Shown here: in pieces, positions 39,401 through 50,830 of the stretch
Layout: each line of letters begins with the position of its first letter
Position numbering within the stretch: the first letter of the stretch is position 1
NCBI RefSeq assembly: GCF_964204865.1
Contig: NC_135253.1
Span: forward strand, 17,670,001 to 17,734,000
DNA length: 64,000 bases
From: Styela clava
Lineage: Eukaryota
Direction of reading: 5' to 3'
Notes under the pieces: generated by a model
What the model was told of the DNA's origin: nothing
Seen by the model: only the letters and a program-made list of their open reading frames with translations
Database searches by the model: none
Position numbers and translations under genes: made by a program

Positions 39401-42400
39401 TTAAAACCGCAACCAGTTGGATATAATATCAAGAATTGAAGCGAGAATAAATTAAGTATAATTCTCAAGTCACATGTTGTGAATTCAAAATATCATAAAT
39501 CTTGCAATTTAATTTACTCACCCTGCTTTTCTACTGCTTCCACTTGCATATTTCCTCATGTAATATTCACCAAGCTCTTCTGCCCCTTCATTGCTGATAA
39601 TAAAAAAAAATTACCATTTATGAAAGATTTTGTAAGATGCATTCTTGAAAGTAATAAAATCTTGAACGTGAAATTGTCTTGACCTTGTAATCAAAAATTA
39701 CCTGAAAAAGATTTTTTTACAAAACTGGGCAAAACAGCGGAAACTGTTGGCACTTCGGGACAAATATAAATAAATTAAATCAGTTTAATATTAATGTAGA
39801 AGGTGCCACCAGGACTGAGATATCACTCTAATGCAGACTGTGCTTACTGGAAGAATAAGAAGAAATTGCATTCACAGAATTCCAGAAACACAAATATCAT
39901 CAAATAACAAGTCAATTGATCCCAAAAGTATTGATTAGGCCTACTATGAGCAGAGGGTTAATTTTGTATCTAGAAAGACAAAAGATTATATTTCAAAACC
40001 TCATGGATAATGTTATTATTATACCTGAGAAAGTTCTGAAGTCTTCTTGCCCCAGACATTTCATTTTCCATGGTTTCTTGCAAATTCTCTGCATTGGAAG
40101 CTAAAAGAAAATATAATTTTAAAACCGAAGTTATATTCATAGAAGATTACTGTATATTTTATTATTTTCTCTTTGGCGAAGCATTTTTCATATTTTCTGC
40201 AACAACCAAAATAGAGCAAATTCATATTAAGAATTTCAATTTTGCTATATGATTAACTAGAATAGAAACACTACAGTAGAGTATGATGGCTCAGTGAAAA
40301 TTGAGAGAAGATTCAACTGCTACTAGGAAGAAAATGATTGAGGTAAAAAGAACAGTGACAAAAGGTGCATCCAAGAAAACCTTATCCGAATCAATTCTGA
40401 AACCATGCGGGTAATATGACGATAATAAGTGTATGCGACTTACCGGTAGTTAAAAAATTCCAAATTTTTGACAAACTTATCTACAGATAATACTGAGCCT
40501 GTACACCACAGATCACTATTTAAATGAGAACTAAGAACCAAATGCTAATAACGATAGTCACGAGTCACGACAATATATTTAATTGAAGAAAGCAAAATTC
40601 TAGCCATATATCATTCTAAAACTAGTTGTGTGGTTAATAAAACTTCCGATACAAAACTCCCTTTAACATACAATATAAAATCAAAAAAATTTAACACCTT
40701 GATTGCAATAAGATCTTTTGTTTATCAGATAATGATCTATCTTTAAGATATTTGTCTCAATATTAATAGAGGATATTTGATTGCAATATATTGTGATGTT
40801 ATTATGTGTAATTAAATAAAATAGGAAAATCTGATACCTATTGAATAAGTATTTTACTTTTACATTCAAACAGAGGTGATGCTTAGTGGCTGTAAACAAA
40901 TTTCTCCACTGATATGAAGATTCGTTAGGCTTTTGTATCGTATGTAAAAAAGCCAATGCAGTGATGAAAAATTAAGATTGTGTGGGCATTTTTACTGATA
41001 ATGCATAAATTAAAAACTGTGTTATAACAGACGCTACTGACAGTGATAAAATTGGTAGCTGAAACAGAAAGTACCAAGTACACCAAATTAGTCAAATTAA
41101 AATGATTATCGCAAGTCAACACCAATCAACACCCACCAAGCATCGAAATTATAAATTTAAAGAAATATGTTGAGCTCAACATCTTAGTTATCAAACAATA
41201 ATTGAATTATCGAAGAAAATATTTAGTAGAATTTATGCCTATTTTTTTCTCTCCATGCAATGCATTCTGTGATCTACCAAAATAACAAAAACGTAACCAA
41301 ATGGAAATGAAAGAAAAACATTATCTGGCGCAAAAACAAACAAATTTTTGAGACTAGCTTTTCGATGATTCGATTAATGCTGCAAATCATAAAACATAGT
41401 GATTTAAAAAAAGTTTTCATTTTATGTCTAGTAAAATGCTGCTGAAGCTGAACTAGGACAGGAAATAAGAGTCAAAAACCAAATGTAAAAACAAACACTA
41501 TTTCAGAAGGCACATCTCAGAGTTTTGAAACATATCAATAATTTGTCACACTATATCACAATTCACAATGATATTTATTTATGCTTCGTACTTATTGTAT
41601 ATGCATGTGTATAATGATGCCATTCAAAATCATATTCGATAAACGAAAGTTTAATGTTGAATCAGTGACTGAAGATTAGAAAAAGAATGATACAAGGCAA
41701 AACTCATTACTGGCAAAAAAATGAAGGTGAGTTACAAAATGTGATAAATAGGGTTTATGTAATTAATTTAAAAGCGCTCTGTGAAATGAACACTTTATAA
41801 TTTTGGATATTTTCAGCAGAATATCAAATTCAAAGAAAAGCATGCCAAAATGGCATGAAATTGGGAATATAAGCTTTTTATTGTTAATAATAATACTATA
41901 TTAAAATGACAAAAATAAAAGGAAAACTGAAGTAATTGCATTATTAGGATTTTTGTTGATCTCCAAATTAACTATAATAAATTAATTACACTTGAGAATA
42001 TAGTTTATTTTATTAAAAACCTGGACTTAAAAAAATATAAGGATAGGATAGATAAGATGGATGTTGTTCATTTATACTAGAAAGAATCTTAGTTATAAAA
42101 AAAAAACTACAGAAGAGAAATTTACACATGATTGCGAATCCTCTGTTATCATGTATGCAGCAAGCTGTTCATGGTAAATCATAACAAAAACTACGATCAC
42201 CAGCACGCAGATGCAGCAATGATTAGAAAGTTAGAAAGCTAGGCAGAAATTGCAACAGACAGGCAAGCAATAATGATGCTTTTACCTTCTTGCTCCTCAT
42301 CTATGAGAAAATTGAAAAAGAAAATAATTTTCAATAGTTGAATCAGTAATACATAATACAGTTTGACTCCATTAAATTTAGTAGAAAAAATATAATGAAG

Positions 42401-45400
42401 TTTGACTGAACCATTTAAACAGGGATGTCCAAAACGAATGTATAGATTCAAGATTCATTATATTTGATACTTTAAATCAGAGGTGTGCAACCTGCGGCTC
42501 GTGGGCTAAATGTGGCCCGCAAAACAAATCTTATGTTATGTGAGAGAATTACCAGACATGCATTGTGATAAAACAAGTGATTCTGGAACATATTTTGTGA
42601 CATCACAGAGCGATGGAGTCGCCCTGAGCTATGGAGAAAAGCTCTTAGTCCCTTTGCACGTACTGGTTACAGTATTTTTCGTACTTATATCGGGCTAGCA
42701 AAGCTAGTTTTTAAAATACTACGGAGAGTCGCAGATGCTTGAACGGAAGAAGGGTGATGAGTAACGTAAATTTCATAACTTGTGCTGCATGTGAGCCTGA
42801 TGGCCTGATTAAGTGAAGAAATGCTATATGGCTTGCACGGAAATGCAATTTAAAATATGTACATTTTATGGCTCTCTCGACCAAAAAGGTTCCCGACCCC
42901 TGATCTATGTCAATGACAATACAATGCCATAACATCTGGCTAACCAAAATTTTTGTGCTTGCAACTACTAGAAAGCTTATGTTGAAAAAGGACACAGCAA
43001 GCGGTTTCACCCAGTTAATTGTATCTGGCCCTCCGGTATCAAAGGCTGCACACCCCTGCTTTAAATTCCAGTTTTTAGGAATAATTTAGATTAGTTGATA
43101 TATTTAAAATTTATAATTTTGAACAAATAAATCCCCACAGTGTAATTTAAAAAGATTCAATTCCATTTAAAAAAAAAATAGTATACAAATCAAATCATTG
43201 TTTTGGTACAATACTACTTTTTGCAATTCAATACCACTGAATATTTATTGACTTGTCTGCCTGTCTTCTTTGTTAAATAAGCCAGTCCTAAAAATATTCT
43301 TTCTTATATTCAAAAATATTTTTATAGAATGTTTGAGAAATATTAGTATTTACCAGGGATATCTAAAACTGATCGAATATTCGAAATTTATTATATTCAA
43401 TATAAAAAAAATTTCAAATTTAGGAATCATTTAGAATATTTTATTTGAAAATTAGGGATTTTTGAGCCATCAGATCAGATAAACAAATCAAACCGTATGA
43501 TATCTCAACTGATAACAAACAAAAACTTTATAGATATAGTGATTTATGTAATCTTGCACTCAATTTAGAATTTATTTGATAATCCATATTTGAAAATATT
43601 TTCTTAGAATGTATTCAGAATAATGATACATTTAGTTTTGGCCATCCCTCCCTACATGTAAACCATTGGTTACTTTGCTCACATCCAACGCACAAAGACA
43701 TCAATTCCAATGAAACAATAACAAGCATTATTGCCAATAGCAATGAACTAAATGCACGATTACAAAATGGAACTTAAATACAAGTTACTATCAAGTTTCA
43801 GATAGTAGACAAATAACGAACTTAAAAACTGATTGATACTTTTGTTTCAATTGTTAAGTTAATCAAGGAAAAATGATTACGGTAATATTTAGAACATTGC
43901 GGTTCCACATTTCAAGTACTATAATGAAGATAAAATAATGATAACTCAATTTTATTAAATATTGTTGTGATCTGCTCAGGATCAAAATTATAGAATTGAA
44001 TAGGTACAACAAATGTCTGTTTAGCCATTTACCAGGGATGGCCGAATTCGAGATTTTTTTATTTCGAGTACATTTTGAAATGATATTCCTTAATATGGAC
44101 TATCGGATATATTTCAAATTTAGCCACTTTCAATACAGAAATTAGAATGAACAATGTAAATTCATAAAAAAATGGTTGAGATAAATACTGTTTTTACTAA
44201 CTTTCTAATTTTAAAATGACAGAAGCTTAATGAAGTCTATTTTTTGTCTGGTCATTAGATCTCAAGTGCTCACAAAGTGACAAATTTTTAGATGAAACTA
44301 TTCAAAATAAATTCTCAAATTAAGAATTTACTTTATCAAATATAATTGATCTTGAATGTATTCAAATGTTCAATTCATTTTGGACATCCCTAACTTGTAC
44401 TTCTAGGTATTTGTGCGAGAAAAAATACTCAAATAAAAATATTCACATTGTAAATATTGAAACAATATTACAAATCTCAATAACAACAAACCTCTATCCA
44501 GAATATCTTCAGCTCCTTCCTCCCATTCTTCCTCGTCCTCGTCTCCTTCGTCAACATCTGGAATAGAAGAAAAAAAGAGTTATAAATATCTTATAAGGTT
44601 GTTATATTGGGTGTCCATAAAGCCTTAAACTTTTTTTTAAATTGCAAAGGGAATTTATCGATACCATATATTGTTTTGGCCCTCACAAATGTGTTAAATG
44701 AAGTAAAAATACTTTCTGATTAAAAAACAACAAACCTTGTTATTTTGAGAACTGGACTCAACATAACTTAAATTGTAAAGCGACTGGACTCTGTTGGAAC
44801 TTGGGATTTGACAAATTTACAAACCAAGAATCTTTTTAGTTATACAAATCGTTCAAACCAAGTTCTATAGCTACAAAAATATAAAATCAAATCATTACTT
44901 TCAGGGAAAGAGCGTGAACACCACAGCAGTAGTTTTTAGGGAAACACTTTGAGCGTATTAATTTTTTCCACAAATAGTCGCCTACTGCATCTTCATTAAA
45001 AATGATAGGCATTTATCAAGTGAAATTCTACAACTCACCAGCTTCGTCAATAATAAAGCCTCCATGTCGAGGACGTTTTGAAGGTCGTTCTTCTTCCTCT
45101 TCTTCTTCATCATATTCATCCTCTCTTCCTCTACTTTCATCTTTATCATCGAGACTTTCAGCTTCATCACTTCCTGGTTCTGATCCTGGTTCATCATCAC
45201 TCACTTCATTTTCCTGTGACAACAAGAAAATTAAATTCAAAGTCGAATTGATGGATATCCCCAGTTTTGCGCTTAAATGTCGAGTGGATAGGCGGCTATA
45301 CATCCTTGTTTTGGCTCAATTTTTAGTACAAAAAAGAATAAATACACCTAAAAGTATTTTTGTTTTAGAAATATAGACCAGATTCTAAGTTGGGTTTAAT

Positions 45401-45936
45401 AACTGGATAATATCGCAGCGCTGTGGAGACTAAGTATGTATGTTCTTATTGACATAGGTCGTAATTTCAAACTCACCAGCAGCATGAGCAGAACTCGAAA
45501 AGTGGATAAGCACAGTCAGAATTTCAAAAATGAATGATCATAACCAAAGTCAAAATTTTTTACAGAAACTGATAAAAAATTATCTGAGTTGTCAGAGTAT
45601 TCTCAACAGATAATTGAAGACGGCTCGCTAATTTGGCTTCAGGACTGAAGTCAAAGTCTTATTTGCTTCAACCTGGTGTAAGAGTTGAAATTGCTCATAA
45701 ATTGGATTAGGTAGGTGTCAGATTTCAATTTTCAACTCTACTCCGCCGCATCTCTGCAATAGTTTGTTAATTGAAAGTTAGAGAAGGGAAAAACATTATT
45801 CATATAAAAACTATTATCTTACACCCGCTTCCTCAGCCTCACTGTCATTGAATTGATTGGTTCGTCTATTTTGATTATAATCTCCTTCATCTTCATCATC
45901 AGAAAACTCACTTGCACTCCCATCACTATCCGACAT
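27448..45936 (-). CDS. SUPT5H: Transcription elongation factor SPT5; coding exons approx. 45936-45823, 45213-45039, 44557-44492, 42300-42286 (microexon), 40100-40025, 39593-39522, 39031-38826, 38336-38128, 37352-37186, 36844-36739, 36350-36275, 36032-35875, 35436-35343, 34353-34195, 33298-33103, 32681-32556, 31765-31613, 31306-31149, 30885-30752, 30291-29975, 29245-29094, 28727-28505, 28104-28010, 27645-27448
   Basis: Acidic N-terminus ([15 protein letters not shown]...[15 protein letters not shown]), NGN domain ([23 protein letters not shown]), KOW repeats ([37 protein letters not shown]), CTR repeats ([23 protein letters not shown]) and C-terminal KOW ([19 protein letters not shown]). Confidence 0.97.
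32059..32160. mobile_element. Palindromic MITE (CTCC...GGAG termini); partial copies near 50163-50228 and 52838
   Basis: 40-bp arms CTCCTGAAGTATGCGCACCAAGATGGCGCACAACCTGAAC and its reverse complement with one mismatch. The right flank is TA. Confidence 0.85.
32180..32467. mobile_element. Non-autonomous Helentron/HINE element, copy 2
   Basis: High similarity to 23012-23302, including CAAAATCAATAGGCTTCTGGTCCGA, (GACA)n and the terminal hairpin. Confidence 0.7.
33385..33686. mobile_element. Non-autonomous hAT element
   Basis: Perfect 15-bp TIR CAGGGCTACTCAACT / AGTTGAGTAGCCCTG and perfect 8-bp TSD CTGTAGGT. Confidence 0.92.
34521..35270. mobile_element. Non-autonomous hAT (Charlie/Buster-like) element
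   Basis: Perfect 16-bp TIR CAGTGGTTCCCAAACT / AGTTTGGGAACCACTG, perfect TSD GTCTAGAC (fits the NTCTAGAN preference) and GGTCCGCG subterminal repeats. Confidence 0.93.
37406..37710. mobile_element. Non-autonomous hAT element
   Basis: Imperfect TIR CAGTGTTACCCAA / TTGGGAACCCCTG, TSD AATTAAAG/CATTAAAG (7/8) and GGGTCG subterminal motifs. Confidence 0.8.
42478..43058. mobile_element. Non-autonomous hAT element containing an internal second terminus (~42886-42902)
   Basis: TIR CAGAGGTGTGCAACCT / AGGCTGCACACCCCTG and perfect TSD CTTTAAAT. Confidence 0.85.
43354..44392. mobile_element. Two degenerate MITE copies (43354-43649 and 44033-44392) with CAGGGAT...CATCCCT ends
   Basis: Both begin TTTACCAGGGAT and end GG(C/A)CATCCCT, with internal GAATATTC-like repeats. 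Confidence 0.55.
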
Positions 45937-46566
45937 TGTTATACTCTTTCACAAACAGCGCAAAATTATCAGTAAATAAATTACTAGCTAGTAAATAGAC
46001 TGTACTAACTGACTAAAATAGAAATATAAGGTAATTATTGCAACATTTTTAGTTAAAACTAAAATTAAGACTTAAAAATTTGAAACGACACAATAGATTC
46101 CTATATTTGGCACCAGAATATGCACTGCTTTCGGACACTACATTGTAATTTTATTGCAAGTGAATCAGATTATATTGTTACTGTGGAATTTAATAGTGAC
46201 ATTTTCAGATGGGCTTACTACAGCAGGAAACAGAAAAATCATAGCAATATAGAGCTGGGGAGTAGAACAACATGACCCAAATAATAACTGTACAAAACTA
46301 AGGCAAAACTTTAGAATTAAAATAGTCGACTATTTCTGTATTAGGATATTTGATTTCAAACTTCGGTATCTAGATATTACTGTCGTGAGACAATATTATT
46401 CAATTTTCTATGATCATCATTGATAACTATAGCCGATAATGAAGCATTGACATATTTATCCTGGGGAGAGAAAAAGTTGAGAGGAGTAGGACGGCTTAAA
46501 TATATGACGAACCACGGCCTCTCGTCCGTTTATCAACCCACTGATCCATGTTGGGTACCTTTATGG

Positions 46567-47248
46567 CAGTGGTTCCTAACCTTTCTACCCTGGCGGACCG
46601 GTAAAAATAAATTAAATATAATGCAGTGTCGGGCACTCAATATGCTTCTAGACAAAAAAGGCACACTTGGAAACATTTCACATGAAGAAAAGCTATTAAA
46701 TAATGTGACGGCCTAAAATTGAAATTGGTCAAACATATATAATACCGTGATTCTTTTTCAAATCTGGACTGTAAAGTAGAATCACAATTTAATCGTGCGT
46801 TTTCTTTTTTATTAGGTTTGTCATATTAAACCCTCAGCAGTTGATCAACGCCTCAAACAAACTGAATTTACATTACAATAACACCAATATTCTGATATTA
46901 TACCTGTATACTGTTCTTGACTGTTTTCTGGTTTAAACCAAGATATATGCATAACGTTTTATATGGATGGTCATATTACCCAGGAAAAGAATGCAAAACA
47001 GAAAGCACGGGTGCCGATTTTTAGGTTTCTGAATCTTACGAGATTTGATGGAGCGCATTTGCAATGAATCGGAGTCGAAAAAGCAGAAAGTGTGATTACT
47101 CGACGCCAAGATGTCACGAAAGACGTCGCAATATGACAGCGGAAAAAAAGTTGTGCAATAAACAAACGCAATTTCGTCTTTGGTAAAGTGATTGAGACTG
47201 CAAAAAAAAATAGCCTACAGCAAAATTTCTCGCTGACCAGCAAAAAAG
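46567..47248. mobile_element. hAT-like element inserted into a SINE fragment (46461-46558), right TIR lost
   Basis: Left TIR CAGTGGTTCCTAACC. The direct repeat CTTTATGG occurs at 46559-46566 and 47249-47256. Confidence 0.6.
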
Positions 47249-47549
47249 CTTTATGGTATTAGATTAGTTATGGTGGCCAGTTATTTGTTTAAAATCACTC
47301 ACATTAAATCAGACTTATGGAGTTGATGGTCCGGTACCGGTACCGTACGCTACCGGTACAGTACTTGTAATTACAGAATGAAAATCACTTACAGACTTAG
47401 GCTACATACAGACATAGACTACGACTGTACGATGTACCGTAAATTGGTACGGTACCGGTACCTTTGGTCGTTTCTTTTATGCCAGTTGTAGTTTATCATT
47501 AGTACTTTCAAGCTGATTGCGCGGTTGAAATAAAACTTACTTCCGTACT

Positions 47550-47940
47550 TACCAACCTGCTACCACTAACGCACTAATCTGCAAATATTCATGGCCTGCG
47601 CATGTCGATTCACGGCAATAGATTTTCGAAAAAAAAGATTCGCGAAGTCCCTACTTTTGTATCAACGTACCGTAGTTAGTGCCACCAATGACATTGTCAT
47701 TGGTGCCACTAGAATAAATTTTTCTCAAATGGATTTTGAAATGCGATAATTTAGATTCAAGAAACAGGCTTTTGAGTAAATGTAGTTTTACTAAAATGAC
47801 CTATTGCGCGAATATAGTTTTCTAATATTTTCTATTACGAACTTTTGCGAGAATGTTTTTTATGAGAATTTGCATGACCGCCGCCCCGTCACTTTCACTT
47901 CTAACTACTTTGCTGGAAATTAGTTCAGTAGTTGAAATAA
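47550..47940. promoter_or_regulatory. Probable bidirectional promoter SUPT5H / ATOX1, including a non-coding SPT5 first exon ending near 47553
   Basis: Divergent genes with locally higher CpG. Minus-strand donor G|GTAAGT at ~47552, NRF1-like TGCGCATG at ~47597 and a 35-bp palindrome at 47677-47711. Confidence 0.55.
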
Positions 47941-48946
47941 GTCATTTTTTTGTATTAACAACATGAAAATTTGTATCAATCCATAACAAGCTAGACGTAG
48001 CGCACCTTGATGATAACCTATATTTCAATGTTTCTGTTTTTTTTTTGGTTAACCAGATAGGGAGATTCTAGCTAGATTTGGCCGAGATAAACCCCCATCC
48101 TGCCATCAGAGAAATCCAAGCAACTACCTGTACAGGTACCAATTTTCGTTTTTACGCTAATTTGATGGGAGTCCATTCAACATCTGCAATTATCTTAATG
48201 TCAAATGTGCGTTTCATGGCCTGAAAAAATGTTACATAATTACCGTCATATTGTTGTTTACTGACCAAGTATGGGCCGCCCATGGGTGCACCATCCAAAG
48301 CTTATTTTCGGGACGTCTGCAAAATTGCTCAATCTGACTCTCCACAACAGGCGGTTACGGCGGTTTTGTGTTTCATTTTTGTATAATTTCAGTGGATATT
48401 TCACTGAGCATGGGCCTTATTTCATTAACGGTTTTTCTGTGTTTATTTCATTTTTTTGGTGGGCGGGTGATTGATTGGCAAGTAATCTAATAATCTTATG
48501 ATACGTACCAGACAGAATATGGATGCAAACATGCCTAATTGCCAGTTTCATTTGACAGTTTTTAGTTACGCTTTCAAAATTGTGGTCTTTTTGTATTCAA
48601 AGCCGATAGTGGTGGTGGTAGCATTATATGAGTTTAGTTGTCAGGTTGTAAATGCTGAAATAATATTAATATTCAGATATTAGCAAGCACGAAACATATA
48701 AAGATTTTTTAGAATAAATACTCTCCTATCCTGACCTGATTTGTTTTAGGTTTCAAATCAAACCAACATTTTCAGCAAACTCTGAAAATGATCATCTTGC
48801 ATGACAATAATTCTAGAATGACGAGCATTCTGTCATTGTTAATACTGTGGTATTCAACTTTTATTTCCTATATTCTACAGAGTACATTACTTAAAATTTT
48901 GTAATTTGATTATAGAAGGTATAACTGTAAATTTTCTGTATTGAAA

Positions 48947-49159
48947 ATGCCGATTCATCAATTCCATGTTGAGATGACCTGCAGTGGTTGCTCCAATGCA
49001 GTGATTCGGGTGCTGAAGAAAAACTTGGGAGAAGATGTAAAGTATGAAATTAATTTGGAAGGCAAAACTGTTCAAATTGATTCAGATGTTGAAAAAGACC
49101 AACTTGAAGCATATCTTAATAAAACGGGAAAACAAGTGCAATATATCGGCCTTAAATAG
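48947..49159 (+). CDS. ATOX1: Copper chaperone ATOX1 (70 aa, single coding exon)
   Basis: MPIHQFHVEMTCSGCSNAVIRVL...LNKTGKQVQYIG contains the MxCxxC metal-binding motif and the conserved KTGK. Confidence 0.95.
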   Translation: MPIHQFHVEMTCSGCSNAVIRVLKKNLGEDVKYEINLEGKTVQIDSDVEKDQLEAYLNKTGKQVQYIGLK

Positions 49160-50003
49160 TGACTGCTGATATATATAAAGAATATTCATCCCCTTGCAAT
49201 AACATTCTTGTTTTACTTCCATATGAGATATGACATGATAAGAATAATCATTCTATCATACTTTATTGTCAATGGAAGCATTGTAGTACATCTTTTACAT
49301 TATAGTTCATGATATTATACCTGGTCTTTTCTGTCAGCTTGTGTTATAAATTAATCATCATGTGAACATCTAGTTCAATTGAAAATATAATTTTGCAAAT
49401 TAGAGGGTCACTGCTTTTGCCTGTAACAAAATTTTGCATATCGATGATATTTTTTTCATCTGCTTAATGCTTATTTTATTGCATGAAGATGGTTTTGCCA
49501 ACAACAAAATTCTGCATATTCTTGATAGTTTATTCATCTGTTTAAAACTTATTCCATTGAACAAAGATGGTGCTATATCTTGACATTGTATGTATAACGA
49601 AGCTTTTATATCGGATTCCTAATTCCTTTATGCCAATATGTAAAATTATCCAATAAAAGCATCTATTCATATATTCAAATTGCACTATAAAAAGACGATC
49701 TTCAATAGGATATTGAGCATTATTTCTTTCCAAGCATAAAGTGACATGTCCAGAAGTTTACAACCCACCAATAGCAACTTAAATTAGCTTTGTGGGAGTG
49801 AAAATCTGTTAAGAAAGATATGAATGTCCACTTGCAGTTAACTTATTTATTGCTAGTTTGCTACCTCCTGGTTGCAGTAAAAACATGCAGTATGTATAAA
49901 AAATAAATTAATTGCCGAATTGGTTACGAAAGTTTAACAATGTTGTTTGTTTCTATTTTGAGTGACATTTTTATGATTTGAAATATTTAATGCCTCAGAT
50001 CTA

Positions 50004-50337
50004 CGGTCTTACTACTTGAAATTTTAAACAATTTGATGGGAGACAGTATACAGTGGTAGGGAATAATCACGACTTTATATCAGTAATCTTTAACATCTTT
50101 AAATAACCTAACATGACGCAAAATGAGCACACCAATTAGCAAAATCAAACAAATTTGGGAGATCCAGAAGTATGTGCACCAAGATGGCGCACAACCTGAA
50201 CACGGTATGTGTACCAGGTTAGGGTGCGTCATGTTGGGTTATTCAAAGATGTTGGAAGAAAAATGTTTCCCTCTCTTCTGAGCTGTTTCGTGCTCTTCTG
50301 TGGCATTTCGTGCTCTATTCAGTAAGTAGTAAGACCC
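50004..50337. mobile_element. MITE with 9-bp TSD (Mutator-like), with a nested CAAGATGGCG-MITE fragment
   Basis: TIR (C/G)GGTCTTACTACTT / AAGTAGTAAGACCC, flanked by TCAGATCTA and TCAGATCCA (8/9). Confidence 0.7.
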
Positions 50338-50830
50338 TCAGATCCATCTTCAGACTGATTTTCATAGATATTGCACAAGGGAACTGACGAACAAGTACAC
50401 AAATCTTTATTCTGGGACAAGGTTGCGATTGCTGCATCTCAATACCTCATCTATTTTAGGTTTTTGTCCAGTAATTAATTTCAGATAATGTGAATGGATC
50501 TATTTCATGAAAAAATGACTAATGCCAAAAATTATAATATACCAATTATGAGGCCAATAAGATGATAGAAGCTGCATAGAATTTGAATTGATAACCACTA
50601 TTCAATTTATCAGCTGTTAAATGTATTTTCATACTTCTACCATTTTATTATCGAATGGCCATAATTCTAGATTTGCCAATGTAGCCTACTCTTTGCGTAC
50701 CCTTTCAAATTAAACCATATATCAATGTTACCATTGCTTGCAACTTATTCTTGCTTGGCGCTGTCATTCTCTTATATTAATATTGTATGATTTATCATAT
50801 GTTGTAGATTGATTATTATTTATCGTAAAT

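Noticed and set aside
45002-45376. Ser-rich 124-aa plus-strand ORF (and the Pro-rich ORF at 31394-31780)
   Set aside because: Antisense of the SPT5 acidic and Gly-rich exons.
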